From Gammaproteobacteria bacterium (GTDB lineage Bacteria > Pseudomonadota > Gammaproteobacteria > UBA6429 > Thiohalophilaceae): a DNA stretch of 33,823 nucleotides. How positions within the stretch are numbered: position 1 is the stretch's first letter; every line of letters begins with the position of its first letter. The DNA is taken from contig JAHEDA010000001.1 in the NCBI GenBank assembly GCA_024641445.1, forward strand, positions 1 to 33,823, read 5' to 3'. The translations under genes and the position numbers were made by a program. Below are positions 25,964 to 33,823 of the stretch, piece after piece. The notes beneath the pieces are model-generated. The model saw only the letters and a list, made by a program, of their open reading frames with translations, made no database searches and had not been told where the DNA came from.

Positions 25964-26554
25964 ATGTTTAATGTGATGTTACCGCAAGGCCGAACGAGGG
26001 CTTTCACTCGTCGTATTTCAGTCTTTGTCCTGACCAGCTCCGTGCTGGCCGCATGTTCTGCGCCAGGCTATAGAGTGCATCGTCATGCCGGGTATCAGGT
26101 CGAGATGCCCTCAACCGAGGTTGTCTTTTATCCCGCGCATGGTCAAGCTCCCGCACAACAGGAGCGGGATCGCTACGAGTGCTATGTCTGGTCTGTTCAG
26201 AGAACGGGCTTCGATCCCAATAAGTTTTTAGCTGATATTCCGCAGCACGTCGAGGTTACCCCGGCAAGCCCTGCAGGCTCTGATGTGGTGGCCGGTGCCG
26301 TCGGTGGTGCCATTGTGGGTTCTATCCTCTCACCTCGACATGACCGCCGAGCGGGGACGGTCGTTGGGGCGATCACAGGTGCATTCATGGGGGCTGAATC
26401 TGATGCGGCAAAGCAGGAGCAGGCCCAACGACTACAGCAGGATTTCAATCAAAATGAGCAGCAGTCGTACGCACAGCTGGACAAACAGGCGCGTAATTTC
26501 CGTCGGGCCATGGCGGCCTGCCTGGAAGGACGTGGTTATACCGTCAGGGAATGA
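25964..26554 (+). CDS. Lipoprotein with a glycine-zipper segment and a split Cys-containing module
   Basis: Lipobox VLAAC. Glycine zipper GAVGGAIVGSIL ... GTVVGAITGAFMG. Shares the YPAxGQ...DRYxC...TGFDP and AMxACLEGRGYTVR motifs with the next ORF. Confidence 0.7.
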   Translation: MFNVMLPQGRTRAFTRRISVFVLTSSVLAACSAPGYRVHRHAGYQVEMPSTEVVFYPAHGQAPAQQERDRYECYVWSVQRTGFDPNKFLADIPQHVEVTPASPAGSDVVAGAVGGAIVGSILSPRHDRRAGTVVGAITGAFMGAESDAAKQEQAQRLQQDFNQNEQQSYAQLDKQARNFRRAMAACLEGRGYTVRE

Positions 26555-26588
26555 TCCGGTAATGAACCGTGGAGTCGGGGGATAGGCA

Positions 26589-27308
26589 ATGAAACACCAT
26601 CGAGAGAAGATCTTAGGTCTTGGGATATTTTTCCTGCTAGGTGTCATTTCGATTGCCGCGCACGCCGATCGTGATGGCCGGGAGCGGCATGAGTTTGAAC
26701 ACAATCGTGGCTATGAACGTGCGAAGTTGCGGGAGCTAAGGCACGATGAGTTACGATTTGATCAACGCTTTCGGCACAATCATTATTACCCGCGATTCGG
26801 GCAGGTCATCACGGTACTGCCAGAGCATTATCAGCGGTTTCGGTTTCATAATGCGTTTTATTTCTATCTGGATGGAGTGTGGTATCGCCCGAACGCCCGG
26901 CGCTATGTTGTGATTGCACCACCTGTAGGGATAGTGGTCACACGCCTGCCCGCCTTTTACACCACGGTATGGTGGAGTGGCATCCCTTATTACTATGCAA
27001 ACGACACCTATTATGTTTGGCAGCCGGAGGCCAATGGCTATGTGGTGACGGCCCCACCGGAAAAAATTGAAGAGCAAGCGGCTGCACCGGCCTCGGATGA
27101 GTTGTTCATATATCCGGCGAAGGGTCAGGGCGAGAAACAACAGGCCGATGACCGTTATGCCTGCCATCGTTGGGGGGTGAGTCAGACAGGGTTTGACCCG
27201 AGCTTGCCACCGAAAGAGCCGGACGAAGGTTCTTTAACCAGGAAGCGTGCGGATTATCAAAAGGCGATGCGGGCCTGCCTGGAGGGGCGTGGATACACCG
27301 TGCGTTGA
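26589..27308 (+). CDS. Secreted aromatic-rich protein (possibly DUF6515-like) carrying the same Cys module at its C-terminus
   Basis: Signal peptide (ILGLGIFFLLGVISIAAHA), an R/H/E-rich segment and a Y/W-rich region (YFYLDGVWYRP ... PYYYANDTYYVWQP). C-terminal LFIYPAKGQGEKQQADDRYACHRWGVSQTGFDP ... AMRACLEGRGYTVR. Confidence 0.65.
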   Translation: MKHHREKILGLGIFFLLGVISIAAHADRDGRERHEFEHNRGYERAKLRELRHDELRFDQRFRHNHYYPRFGQVITVLPEHYQRFRFHNAFYFYLDGVWYRPNARRYVVIAPPVGIVVTRLPAFYTTVWWSGIPYYYANDTYYVWQPEANGYVVTAPPEKIEEQAAAPASDELFIYPAKGQGEKQQADDRYACHRWGVSQTGFDPSLPPKEPDEGSLTRKRADYQKAMRACLEGRGYTVR

Positions 27309-27337
27309 GAGCGCTAATGCCAGGTTCAAGTCGAGGC

Positions 27338-27552
27338 TTACAGCCAGTATTTGCCTTCCCACTTACCGTTACGGTAATCCAGTAAAAAACGCCTGGGCGC
27401 CAGTTTTCTGGCCGTGTCGGTGTTGATATCCATCTCGGGTTGACGCCCCGCGCGCGTGGCCGCCTCGGCATGGCGTGTCCACTCGACCAGTACCGGTTTG
27501 CCGTTGATCTCAACCTGTCTTGAATGGGGGCCTTCGAGGTAACCATGTTCAT
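27338..27552 (-). pseudogene. Small ORF downstream of the SleB-like gene, apparently frameshifted (or with a non-canonical start)
   Basis: GGAGG (27563-27559), a 6-nt spacer and ATG (27552-27550) open a frame with junk-like R/P/S-rich content. The adjacent frame is stop-free from 27604 to TAA 27340-27338. It reads ...HEHGYLEGPHSRQVEINGKPVLVEWTRHAEAATRAGRQPEMDINTDTARKLAPRRFLLDYRNGKWEGKYWL, with host-like G/C third positions. The span is 215 nt, which is 3x72-1. Confidence 0.3.
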
Positions 27553-27625
27553 GCCTGACCTCCGGGAGACGGGACGTATACGGAGTGACGACACACCTAC
27601 TTGTTCACGCTAGGTAGTTATCTAA

Positions 27626-28204
27626 TTATTGATAGAACACGTGATCACCAATGGTGGCGATCTCTCGCTTCTCCTGGGCCCAGCGTGGTTCAACCTCACG
27701 GGCGTGATAAAACAAGGCCTTGCCCAGGATTCGGTGATACTTATTTGGCTGTGAATAGACATCCTCAGCGACCTGCCAGGCCTGTTGCCAGGCCATGGGC
27801 TCAGGGATGGGTATCTCATCGTGCAGGGTCCATGAAAAGGCCGCAACCTCGCGACCACGGATCCAGTCCCAATTTTTCTGGTAGACCACGCCACAGATGG
27901 TCTTGGGATAGTGTCGCGACATTACCCGGTTCATAGTGACCTGTGCCACTGCGTATTGTCCCTCAAGGGGTTCGCCGCGCGCCTCGTGATAGACATTGAG
28001 TGCAAGACAGGTAAGCTCCTGAGTCTGGGCGCTGGCCTGAACCGAACGGTCTATCGCAAATCCAAGCAGGGCGATCAATGTCGCAAGGGCAATCACAAGC
28101 GCCCCATAGTGTCTTGGATATAAATACCAGTAGTACACCAGATTCTTCCACAGATCGCGTAGTGGTTGGGTGTAGTCCATTTGGCGTAAGTGGCGGAGAG
28201 TCAT
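27626..28204 (-). CDS. SleB-like cell wall hydrolase (Hydrolase_2 family), membrane anchored
   Basis: N-terminal TM helix (ALVIALATLIALLGFAI). Motif CLALNVYHEARGEPLEGQYAVAQVTMNRV ... TICGVVYQ. Confidence 0.85.
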   Translation of the reverse strand: MTLRHLRQMDYTQPLRDLWKNLVYYWYLYPRHYGALVIALATLIALLGFAIDRSVQASAQTQELTCLALNVYHEARGEPLEGQYAVAQVTMNRVMSRHYPKTICGVVYQKNWDWIRGREVAAFSWTLHDEIPIPEPMAWQQAWQVAEDVYSQPNKYHRILGKALFYHAREVEPRWAQEKREIATIGDHVFYQ

Positions 28205-28465
28205 AGGCTGATTGTAGGCCCTTGGGCCGCATCCCTTCTGAGGCCGGTGACACGAAAAATATGACGGACGAGGTCTAAATTCAGTGGGTATGCGGGGTAG
28301 CCATGACGATGCATAAGGATGGTGTTCTTCCCTGAGGTACTTCTGATGGCGGGATTTTGCGCGAAATCGGCCCTTTTTCCTAGTCTTGGGCCAAAAAATA
28401 GACGTGTTGACAGTAGATTCGGTACCATGATCCTCGTGCTGCGTCAGTAGGTAGATAGGTCCTCC

Positions 28466-29875
28466 GTGTCAAAACGTTATTCCAGTGATCCCCTTATCGA
28501 TAAGTCCCTCAGGCATTCCGTACGCGATGGGGCGGCCTATTCTGTGATGGCGGGCAGTGGCGAGACCTACTTCTCTGCCTTTGCCCTCTTTCTCAAGGCC
28601 AACACGGCCCAGATTGGTTTCCTTGCCTCAGTACCGCCCTTGCTGGCCTCGTTCGCACAATTATTTTCTGCCTGGTTGGGACACAAGACCGGCAAGCGCA
28701 AGGCCATCATTTTATCCGGCGCCATACTGCAAGGCATAGTGTGGATACCGATGGCGATTTTGCCGCTGGCGTTTCGTCAACACAGTGTCGAGATATTGAT
28801 CGCCTGCGTGGTGCTCTATTACAGCTTTGGCAATCTGGCCGCACCACAGTGGTCCAGTCTGATGGGGGAGCTGGTCGCCGAGCGCAAGCGCGGCCGTTAT
28901 TTCGCTCTCCGCACACGCATATGCAGTGTTGCCTCATTTGTAGCCTTGATTGTTGCAGGGAGCGTATTGCATTTCTTTAATGCCTGGGAGTACACCGTCA
29001 TCGGATATTTGTTGATCTTCGGGATTGCCTTTGTGGCGCGGTTTGTCTCGGTCTATCACATCGCGCAGATGTACGACCCGCCGGGTCACGTGGCGGCGAT
29101 GGAGGTGCCCTTTGGCATGCGTTGGTGGCACCAGATTCGATATTCACAGATGGGACGCTTCTCGCTCTTCTTCGCCATGATCCAGTTTTCGGTGGCGGTG
29201 GGCTCGCCCTTTTTCTCAGTCTATCTATTGCGTGACCTGCACTTCAGTTATCTGGAGTATATGTCGTGTACTGCCTCGACCGTATTGATGCAGTTCCTCA
29301 CCCTCAATCGCTGGGGGCGGATCTCTGACATCTTTGGTAATCGCGTGATCCTCATGTTGTGTGGCATGTTGATCCCTCTGATTCCTTTGCTGTGGACACT
29401 CTCCGGCAATTTTTATTATTTAATAGCGGTACAGGCTCTGGGCGGCTTTGCCTGGGCAGGATTTACCTTGAGTGCAAGTAATTTTCTCTATGATCTAATC
29501 CCCGCGGGAAAGCGTGCAACCTATCTGGCTGTGAACAGTGTCCTGGCCAGCACGGGTGTTTTCCTTGGTGCGATGCTGGGAGGCATTCTCGGTGCAAGTT
29601 TACCCGGGGAGTTCAGTCTGTTTGGAATACATGTCCATTTGCTCAGTGCGCTCTATTTTATTTTCTTCCTGTCATTTCTGCTGCGCCTGACGACGGTGTG
29701 GTTGTTTCTACCGCGCATTCAGGAGGCGCGCAAGGTCAAACCTATTACTATGCGTCGGTTGATCTTTCGTGTGGCGCGTTTCAGCGCCGTGTCCGGTTTG
29801 ATCTTCGATGTTATGGGTAGTCGCAGGAAGGTGGAGTCATCCTCCAGCCTGGAACATGATTTGCACCCAGGCTGA
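28466..29875 (+). CDS. MFS transporter
   Basis: 469 aa with about 12 TM helices. Conserved N-terminal region LRHSVRDGAAYSVMAGSGETYFSAFALFL. GTG start. Confidence 0.8.
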   Translation: MSKRYSSDPLIDKSLRHSVRDGAAYSVMAGSGETYFSAFALFLKANTAQIGFLASVPPLLASFAQLFSAWLGHKTGKRKAIILSGAILQGIVWIPMAILPLAFRQHSVEILIACVVLYYSFGNLAAPQWSSLMGELVAERKRGRYFALRTRICSVASFVALIVAGSVLHFFNAWEYTVIGYLLIFGIAFVARFVSVYHIAQMYDPPGHVAAMEVPFGMRWWHQIRYSQMGRFSLFFAMIQFSVAVGSPFFSVYLLRDLHFSYLEYMSCTASTVLMQFLTLNRWGRISDIFGNRVILMLCGMLIPLIPLLWTLSGNFYYLIAVQALGGFAWAGFTLSASNFLYDLIPAGKRATYLAVNSVLASTGVFLGAMLGGILGASLPGEFSLFGIHVHLLSALYFIFFLSFLLRLTTVWLFLPRIQEARKVKPITMRRLIFRVARFSAVSGLIFDVMGSRRKVESSSSLEHDLHPG

Positions 29876-29880
29876 TACCC

Positions 29881-30942
29881 CTAACGCTGTGAGCGAATAA
29901 TACAGCCTGTAATCTCGGCGCGGTCGTGATAGAGCTGTTTGAAGCTTAAATCATAGTGCACATCAGACATGGCAAGCTGTCCACGGATCAACTCTTCACA
30001 TCGACGCACCTCCTGCAGACGTTTCTTCATCGGCAACTTCAGATTGAAGATGCTGTTTCGACAATCACCTCGGGTTATCCAGTCGGTCACCAGTTGGGCA
30101 ATGCGAATCGGTTGCTCCACCATGTCGCAGACCATCCACTCGACGGGGCTGGCTGGGCGAAAGCGGAAACCGTCTTCACGTCGATGGTCGAGTAGTCCAC
30201 TCTGCATGAGCGCATCGGCCATCGGGCCATTGTCAACCGCGATGACACGAAGCCCACGATGTATCAACTGCCAGGACCAGCCGCCGGGCGATGCACCCAA
30301 ATCCACAGCATGCATACCGGGTCTCAAGAGCTTCTTGTGTTGCGCTGGTGTCAGGAAGTACAGCAAGGCCTCTTCCAGCTTCAGTGTGGAGCGACTCGGT
30401 GCCTGTGCCGGGAATTTCAGGCGCGGGATACCCATGAGCCAGGGGGAGCTGATGTGCGTATCGCTGAGCCCCATCATGACACTGGTGGAACTCTGGAAAC
30501 ACAAATGCAGGCGCGGTAAGCCCGGTTCATCACGCAGGAGTTTTGCCTTCTGCAAAGCCTGGCGCAGGGGCGTGGAGAATTTTTTGAGGAAGCCCGAGAG
30601 GGACTTTGCCTCATTGGTGTCGGGGGTCTCGACCCAGACATCACAGATATTCTGACCGTTTAACAGTTCCAGGACCGGTGTTAGGCGATCCGTGACCGGG
30701 AGTTGATTGAGCTGCGCGAGCAGGGGGATGACTTGACGGGCGAAGATCAGACTACGGTAGTCCACCTGCGCCAACCACTTGCTGGCCTCCTCGTGGGGCA
30801 TAAAGACTACGTGTGCGCTATCGGTCTTGGCCTTGCAGTAGCCGGTTACCCCATGCTGTGAGGCCAGCTCCTGAACCTCGGAGGCGCATTCGGCCTCAAA
30901 GCCACCACGGCAGTACAACAAAAGTCCAATGAGAGGGTTCAT
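29881..30942 (-). CDS. rlmM: 23S rRNA (cytidine2498-2'-O)-methyltransferase RlmM
   Basis: Collinear with E. coli RlmM (YgdE): LLYCRGGFEAECA, MGIPRLKFPAQAPSRSTLKLEEA, AVDLGASPGGWSWQL, VDNGPMA, CDMVEQP, IFNLKLPMKKR, QLYHDR. Confidence 0.9.
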   Translation of the reverse strand: MNPLIGLLLYCRGGFEAECASEVQELASQHGVTGYCKAKTDSAHVVFMPHEEASKWLAQVDYRSLIFARQVIPLLAQLNQLPVTDRLTPVLELLNGQNICDVWVETPDTNEAKSLSGFLKKFSTPLRQALQKAKLLRDEPGLPRLHLCFQSSTSVMMGLSDTHISSPWLMGIPRLKFPAQAPSRSTLKLEEALLYFLTPAQHKKLLRPGMHAVDLGASPGGWSWQLIHRGLRVIAVDNGPMADALMQSGLLDHRREDGFRFRPASPVEWMVCDMVEQPIRIAQLVTDWITRGDCRNSIFNLKLPMKKRLQEVRRCEELIRGQLAMSDVHYDLSFKQLYHDRAEITGCIIRSQR

Positions 30943-30955
30943 GCAGGACCTATGT

Positions 30956-31630
30956 TTAGTTAGATTTACTTCGGTTAATAAAAAGCCAGGTGATGAGCAT
31001 GGTAATGGTTGCCCCGGCGAGGGCGAGAAACATATCGCGCTGGGCGTCCCAGATGTCCCCTTGTGTACCTAGATAGGCGTCGCCGAGCCCTGGGCTGACG
31101 ATCTGAGCGATCCACATCTCCAGTAATTCAAAAAAACTACTGAAGGCGAGGATGAGATTGATACTGACAAAGTAGGACCAACTGCGGCGAATATCACTGA
31201 GTCGCAACAACACCTCACGCATGGGGTAGGCGAGTAGCAGCCCATAGCTGAAGTGAACAATACGGTCGTAGTGATTGCGCGACAGCGTGAGCAAGTCTTT
31301 GAGCCAGAAACCCAGTGGCGTCTCGGCATAAGTGTAATGAGCGCCTATCAAGTGTAGGGTGATAAAAATCGTGAACAAAAAGTAAGAAAAATTTGAGAAT
31401 TGAAAGCGTCGGTAAGTAAGACCGAGCAGGATAGAATAAACAATTACGAGCAGGTTCTCTAACAACCAGTCCATTCGGTCAAGCGGGGTGATCGCCATCC
31501 ACAACCAAAAACCGAACAGCCACGCACACATCAACTGTAGGGCGTGATTTTGTCGGAAGCTGGGCGGGATGGGTGCTGGCATGGGAATGTGTCTGGGTGT
31601 AGGCAGCCGCCACCTTAAAGCAGTCGCCAT
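30956..31630 (-). CDS. DUF2238 (YjdF-like) membrane protein
   Basis: Polytopic. Motifs HLIGAHYTYAETPLGFW and RNHYDRIVHFSYGLL. Its stop is 13 nt upstream of the rlmM start. The start is uncertain: 31630, or an internal Met at about 31582. Confidence 0.72.
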   Translation of the reverse strand: MATALRWRLPTPRHIPMPAPIPPSFRQNHALQLMCAWLFGFWLWMAITPLDRMDWLLENLLVIVYSILLGLTYRRFQFSNFSYFLFTIFITLHLIGAHYTYAETPLGFWLKDLLTLSRNHYDRIVHFSYGLLLAYPMREVLLRLSDIRRSWSYFVSINLILAFSSFFELLEMWIAQIVSPGLGDAYLGTQGDIWDAQRDMFLALAGATITMLITWLFINRSKSN

Positions 31631-31674
31631 TGAAGTGTAAAGCCATAACGATAAATTGATAGGGGAACGACAGG

Positions 31675-32424
31675 ATGAAACCGATGAAGAAATTGCAGGT
31701 GTGTGGCCTATTGGCGCTTCTGATGTGGGTCGTCAACACCGGGGTAGCGCTGGCCGCACCGCAGCACTTTGAGAGCGGTGAGCAGCAGACAATGTTGGTC
31801 GAGCTTTTTACCTCCGAGGGTTGCAGCAGTTGCCCACCCGCTGAGGCCTTCATGAATACGCTCATCCAGGATGAGCAGCTCTGGCGACGTGTCATTCCAC
31901 TCGCCCTGCACGTGGGCTACTGGGACTATCTCGGTTGGAAGGACGCTTTTGCCGACCCCGCGCACGCACAACGCCAGCGCGCCTATGCCAAGGCTCAACG
32001 CGCGAGTACGGTGTACACACCGGCCTGGTTCATCAATGGCAGGTCCTGGCGACCAAGCCTGTTTTATCGGCAGCTACCCGAGGTCGAGGCGCCGAGGGTC
32101 GGCAAGCTATCACTATTACTTGAGGGCTCGGGCTTGCACGCTACCTTTAAGGCAGCCGATCTATCGTCACCCCGTACCCTGTATGTAGCGCGGCTTGGTT
32201 TTGGGCTGGAGAGTCAGATCCGGGCGGGCGAGAATCGCGGGCGGCACGCGCGGCACGACTTTGTGGTGATCGGTTATACGGCTCAATCGAGTGCCACAGG
32301 TGAGTGGCGACTGCCATTACCCGAGCCGCGTATTGTGGGTGTTACGACGCAGGCGCTGGTGGCATGGGTGAGTCGGGGAGATAGCCCGGTACCCCTTCAG
32401 TCGGTGGGGGGCTGGCTGAAATAA
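31675..32424 (+). CDS. DUF1223 domain-containing secreted protein
   Basis: Signal peptide (LLALLMWVVNTGVALA). Signature VELFTSEGCSSCPPAE and DYLGWKD, typical of DUF1223. Confidence 0.8.
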   Translation: MKPMKKLQVCGLLALLMWVVNTGVALAAPQHFESGEQQTMLVELFTSEGCSSCPPAEAFMNTLIQDEQLWRRVIPLALHVGYWDYLGWKDAFADPAHAQRQRAYAKAQRASTVYTPAWFINGRSWRPSLFYRQLPEVEAPRVGKLSLLLEGSGLHATFKAADLSSPRTLYVARLGFGLESQIRAGENRGRHARHDFVVIGYTAQSSATGEWRLPLPEPRIVGVTTQALVAWVSRGDSPVPLQSVGGWLK

Positions 32425-32442
32425 ACAGTCCAGAAAAAGAAA

Positions 32443-32459
32443 CCCCGCCAAGGGCGGGG
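32443..32459 (-). terminator. Rho-independent terminator of the csp gene (possibly bidirectional)
   Basis: CCCCGCC-aag-GGCGGGG stem-loop. On the minus strand it is followed by TTTCTTTTT. It lies between the convergent DUF1223 and csp genes. Confidence 0.8.
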
Positions 32460-32490
32460 CTCCCAAATCGAACTGCAAAAGCGGTTCGGA

Positions 32491-32694
32491 TTATTGCGGG
32501 ATAACGTTGGTGGCCTGAGGACCCTTGGGGCCCTTTTCCACGTCATACGTTACAGCCTGACCTTCCTTCAGGGTACGGAAACCGTCGCCCTTGATGGCGC
32601 TGAAATGTACGAAGACATCCTTGCCACCGTCAGCCTGAGAAATAAAGCCAAAACCCTTGGTCTCGTTGAACCACTTTACAGTACCTGTTGCCAT
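32491..32694 (-). CDS. cspA: CspA-family cold-shock protein
   Basis: [18 protein letters not shown] (RNP1) and VFVHFSAI (RNP2). AAGG lies 8 nt upstream of ATG 32694. An alternative in-frame ATG is at 32700. Confidence 0.95.
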   Translation of the reverse strand: MATGTVKWFNETKGFGFISQADGGKDVFVHFSAIKGDGFRTLKEGQAVTYDVEKGPKGPQATNVIPQ

Positions 32695-32987
32695 GTTCAT
32701 TACCTTAATAGAAATTAATTGAGATTAACCGGCTGGGGGACGTGTAACGGGAGGTTTGGGAGGTTTCACGGAGAGAACGACCAAAACACCGCTGCATCGG
32801 TGTCCGCAGCTTGGGTAAACTTTAGACCAGATTAAATAAAAAGGCCACGGCTTTTTGACCATCCCTGAGGGGCGGAATCCTCGCGTATTGTAGGAAATGA
32901 TATGTTACTGTTTTATAATAAAAAATATTTTGTGATTTGGGCTCGATTGGAGAGGGGATAAGCGGCGTGTCTGGTGAAACAAAGGCA

Positions 32988-33823
32988 ATGATATCCATCG
33001 TTGTACCAGCCTATAACGAGGAAGAAGTACTCCCGGAATTTCATGCACGGCTCAGCAAGGTGCTGACGCGTGTCGCCATGCGTGCAGAGGTCGTCTACGT
33101 CAACGACGGCAGTCGTGATCGCACCCTGGAGGTGATGCACTCACTGCGCCAGCAGGACCCGCGTGTCGCGATCGTGGACATGAGTCGAAATTTTGGCAAG
33201 GAGATCGCGCTGACGGCGGGGTTGCACAAGGCGCAGGGTGATGCCGTGGTCGTCATTGATGCCGATTTGCAAGACCCGCCAGAGTTGATCACCGAATTTA
33301 TTACTGAGTGGCACAATGGCTTCGACGTAATCTATGCCCAGCGCACTCGTCGTGAGGGCGAGACGCTATTCAAAAAGACCACTGCGCACGCCTTTTATCG
33401 CCTGATGCAGCGCATCGGTAATGTAAAACTACCAGAGGATACCGGTGATTATCGGCTGCTGAGTCGGCGCGCAGTCGATGCGCTGAATTCACTGGGCGAG
33501 TACCATCGCTTTATGAAGGGACTGTTTGCCTGGATTGGCTTCAAGCAAAAGGCCGTACCCTATGCGCGTGACCCGCGTCACGCCGGGGTGAGCAAATGGA
33601 ATTACTGGAAGTTGTGGAACCTGGCCCTGGAGGGGATCACCTCCTTCACCACGGCACCGTTAAAGCTTGCCACCTATTTTGGCTTACTCACTGCGCTGGC
33701 CGCCTTCGCCTATGGCACCTATTTTCTCGTGCGCACCCTGATCTTCGGTAACCCGGTGCCGGGCTATCCCTCCTTGATCACCATCATGCTCTTCATGGGT
33801 GGCATCCAGCTCATGGCCATCGG
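32988..33823 (+). CDS. GT2-family polyprenyl-phosphate glycosyltransferase (GtrB/ArnC-like), 3'-truncated by the window end
   Basis: This ORF is absent from the track because it has no stop in the window. My translation reads MISIVVPAYNEEEVLPEF ... YVNDGSRDRT ... VVIDADLQDPPE ... EDTGDYRLLSRRAV ..., followed by TM helices. An alternative in-frame GTG start is at 32967. Confidence 0.85.
   Translation, partial: MISIVVPAYNEEEVLPEFHARLSKVLTRVAMRAEVVYVNDGSRDRTLEVMHSLRQQDPRVAIVDMSRNFGKEIALTAGLHKAQGDAVVVIDADLQDPPELITEFITEWHNGFDVIYAQRTRREGETLFKKTTAHAFYRLMQRIGNVKLPEDTGDYRLLSRRAVDALNSLGEYHRFMKGLFAWIGFKQKAVPYARDPRHAGVSKWNYWKLWNLALEGITSFTTAPLKLATYFGLLTALAAFAYGTYFLVRTLIFGNPVPGYPSLITIMLFMGGIQLMAI

Noticed and set aside
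27323-27337. GGTTCAAGTCGAGG, superficially like a tRNA T-arm/T-loop
   Set aside because: The flanking bases do not form a T-stem (ccagg against cgagg). I could not build an acceptor or anticodon arm around it.
27106-27594. 162-aa track ORF spanning the intergenic region and the 3' end of the convergent gene
   Set aside because: Its composition (R/P/S/W-rich) and its roughly 200-nt antisense overlap with a well-supported gene argue against it. Its SD plus ATG is real-looking, but the adjacent frame looks like the genuine coding frame (see the finding at 27338-27604).
28201-28428. 75-aa ORF whose TGA overlaps the ATG of the SleB-like gene (ATGA)
   Set aside because: The overlap is suggestive of coupling. 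However, the peptide is basic and low-complexity with no motif. Accepting it would also leave only 37 nt for the divergent promoters shared with the MFS gene at 28466. I kept it as unproven rather than calling it.
32838-32856. AAAAAG-N7-CTTTTT palindrome between csp and the GT2 gene, considered as a bidirectional terminator
   Set aside because: The stem is only 6 bp and almost entirely A-T, with no GC-rich core. It sits between divergent genes, where no terminator is expected.
32913-33316. Two minus-strand track ORFs (75 and 73 aa)
   Set aside because: They are antisense to a clear GT2 glycosyltransferase reading frame that the track omits because it runs off the window end.
1-33823. Hypothesis that the window is a defense or mobile island (CRISPR, toxin-antitoxin, restriction, retron, integrase, IS)
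   Set aside because: I found no direct-repeat arrays, nuclease/helicase/ATPase defense-type genes, integrase or transposase motifs, or flanking tRNA. Gene content is housekeeping, envelope and signalling. By eye, composition is uniform apart from short AT-rich promoter regions.

Overview
This window reads as an ordinary chromosomal stretch of a gammaproteobacterium-like genome. GC looks mid-50s % by eye; I did not compute it. I support about 34 protein-coding genes, densely packed on both strands. I saw no rRNA, tRNA, CRISPR array, transposase, integrase or phage-like gene, so it does not look like a mobile or defense island. Recognisable content falls into four groups. (1) RNA and ribosome functions: arfB, rluA, rlmM, deaD, an RRM-type RNA-binding protein and a CspA-family protein. 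(2) Signalling: a hybrid histidine kinase, and a HAMP-PAS-GGDEF-EAL sensor with a PhnD-like binding protein. (3) Envelope and transport: a HlyD/ABC/ABC-2 exporter, two MFS transporters, an LpxR-like protein, a SleB-like hydrolase, a partial GT2 glycosyltransferase and several lipoproteins. (4) Small redox proteins: CDGSH, TlpA-like and DUF1223. The best candidates for undescribed biology are listed here. (a) A 585-aa radical-SAM-like protein with a CX3CX2C triad and a large uncharacterised N-terminal domain, sitting downstream of a tandem-CDGSH [2Fe-2S] protein (10025-12457). (b) A tightly coupled pair of conserved-unknown membrane proteins, one DUF2062/TIGR03546-like and one AsmA-like/TIGR03545-like (4523-6847). 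(c) Two adjacent secreted proteins that share a split Cys-containing module (25964-27308). (d) A secreted unknown protein translationally coupled to a TlpA-like thioredoxin (24614-25743). (e) A stand-alone cytoplasmic Cache/PDC-like protein (14861-15808). (f) A small ORF downstream of the SleB-like gene that appears to have a strong SD plus ATG but continues in a different frame (27338-27604). All functional calls come from motif recognition by eye and need HMM or structure searches to confirm.
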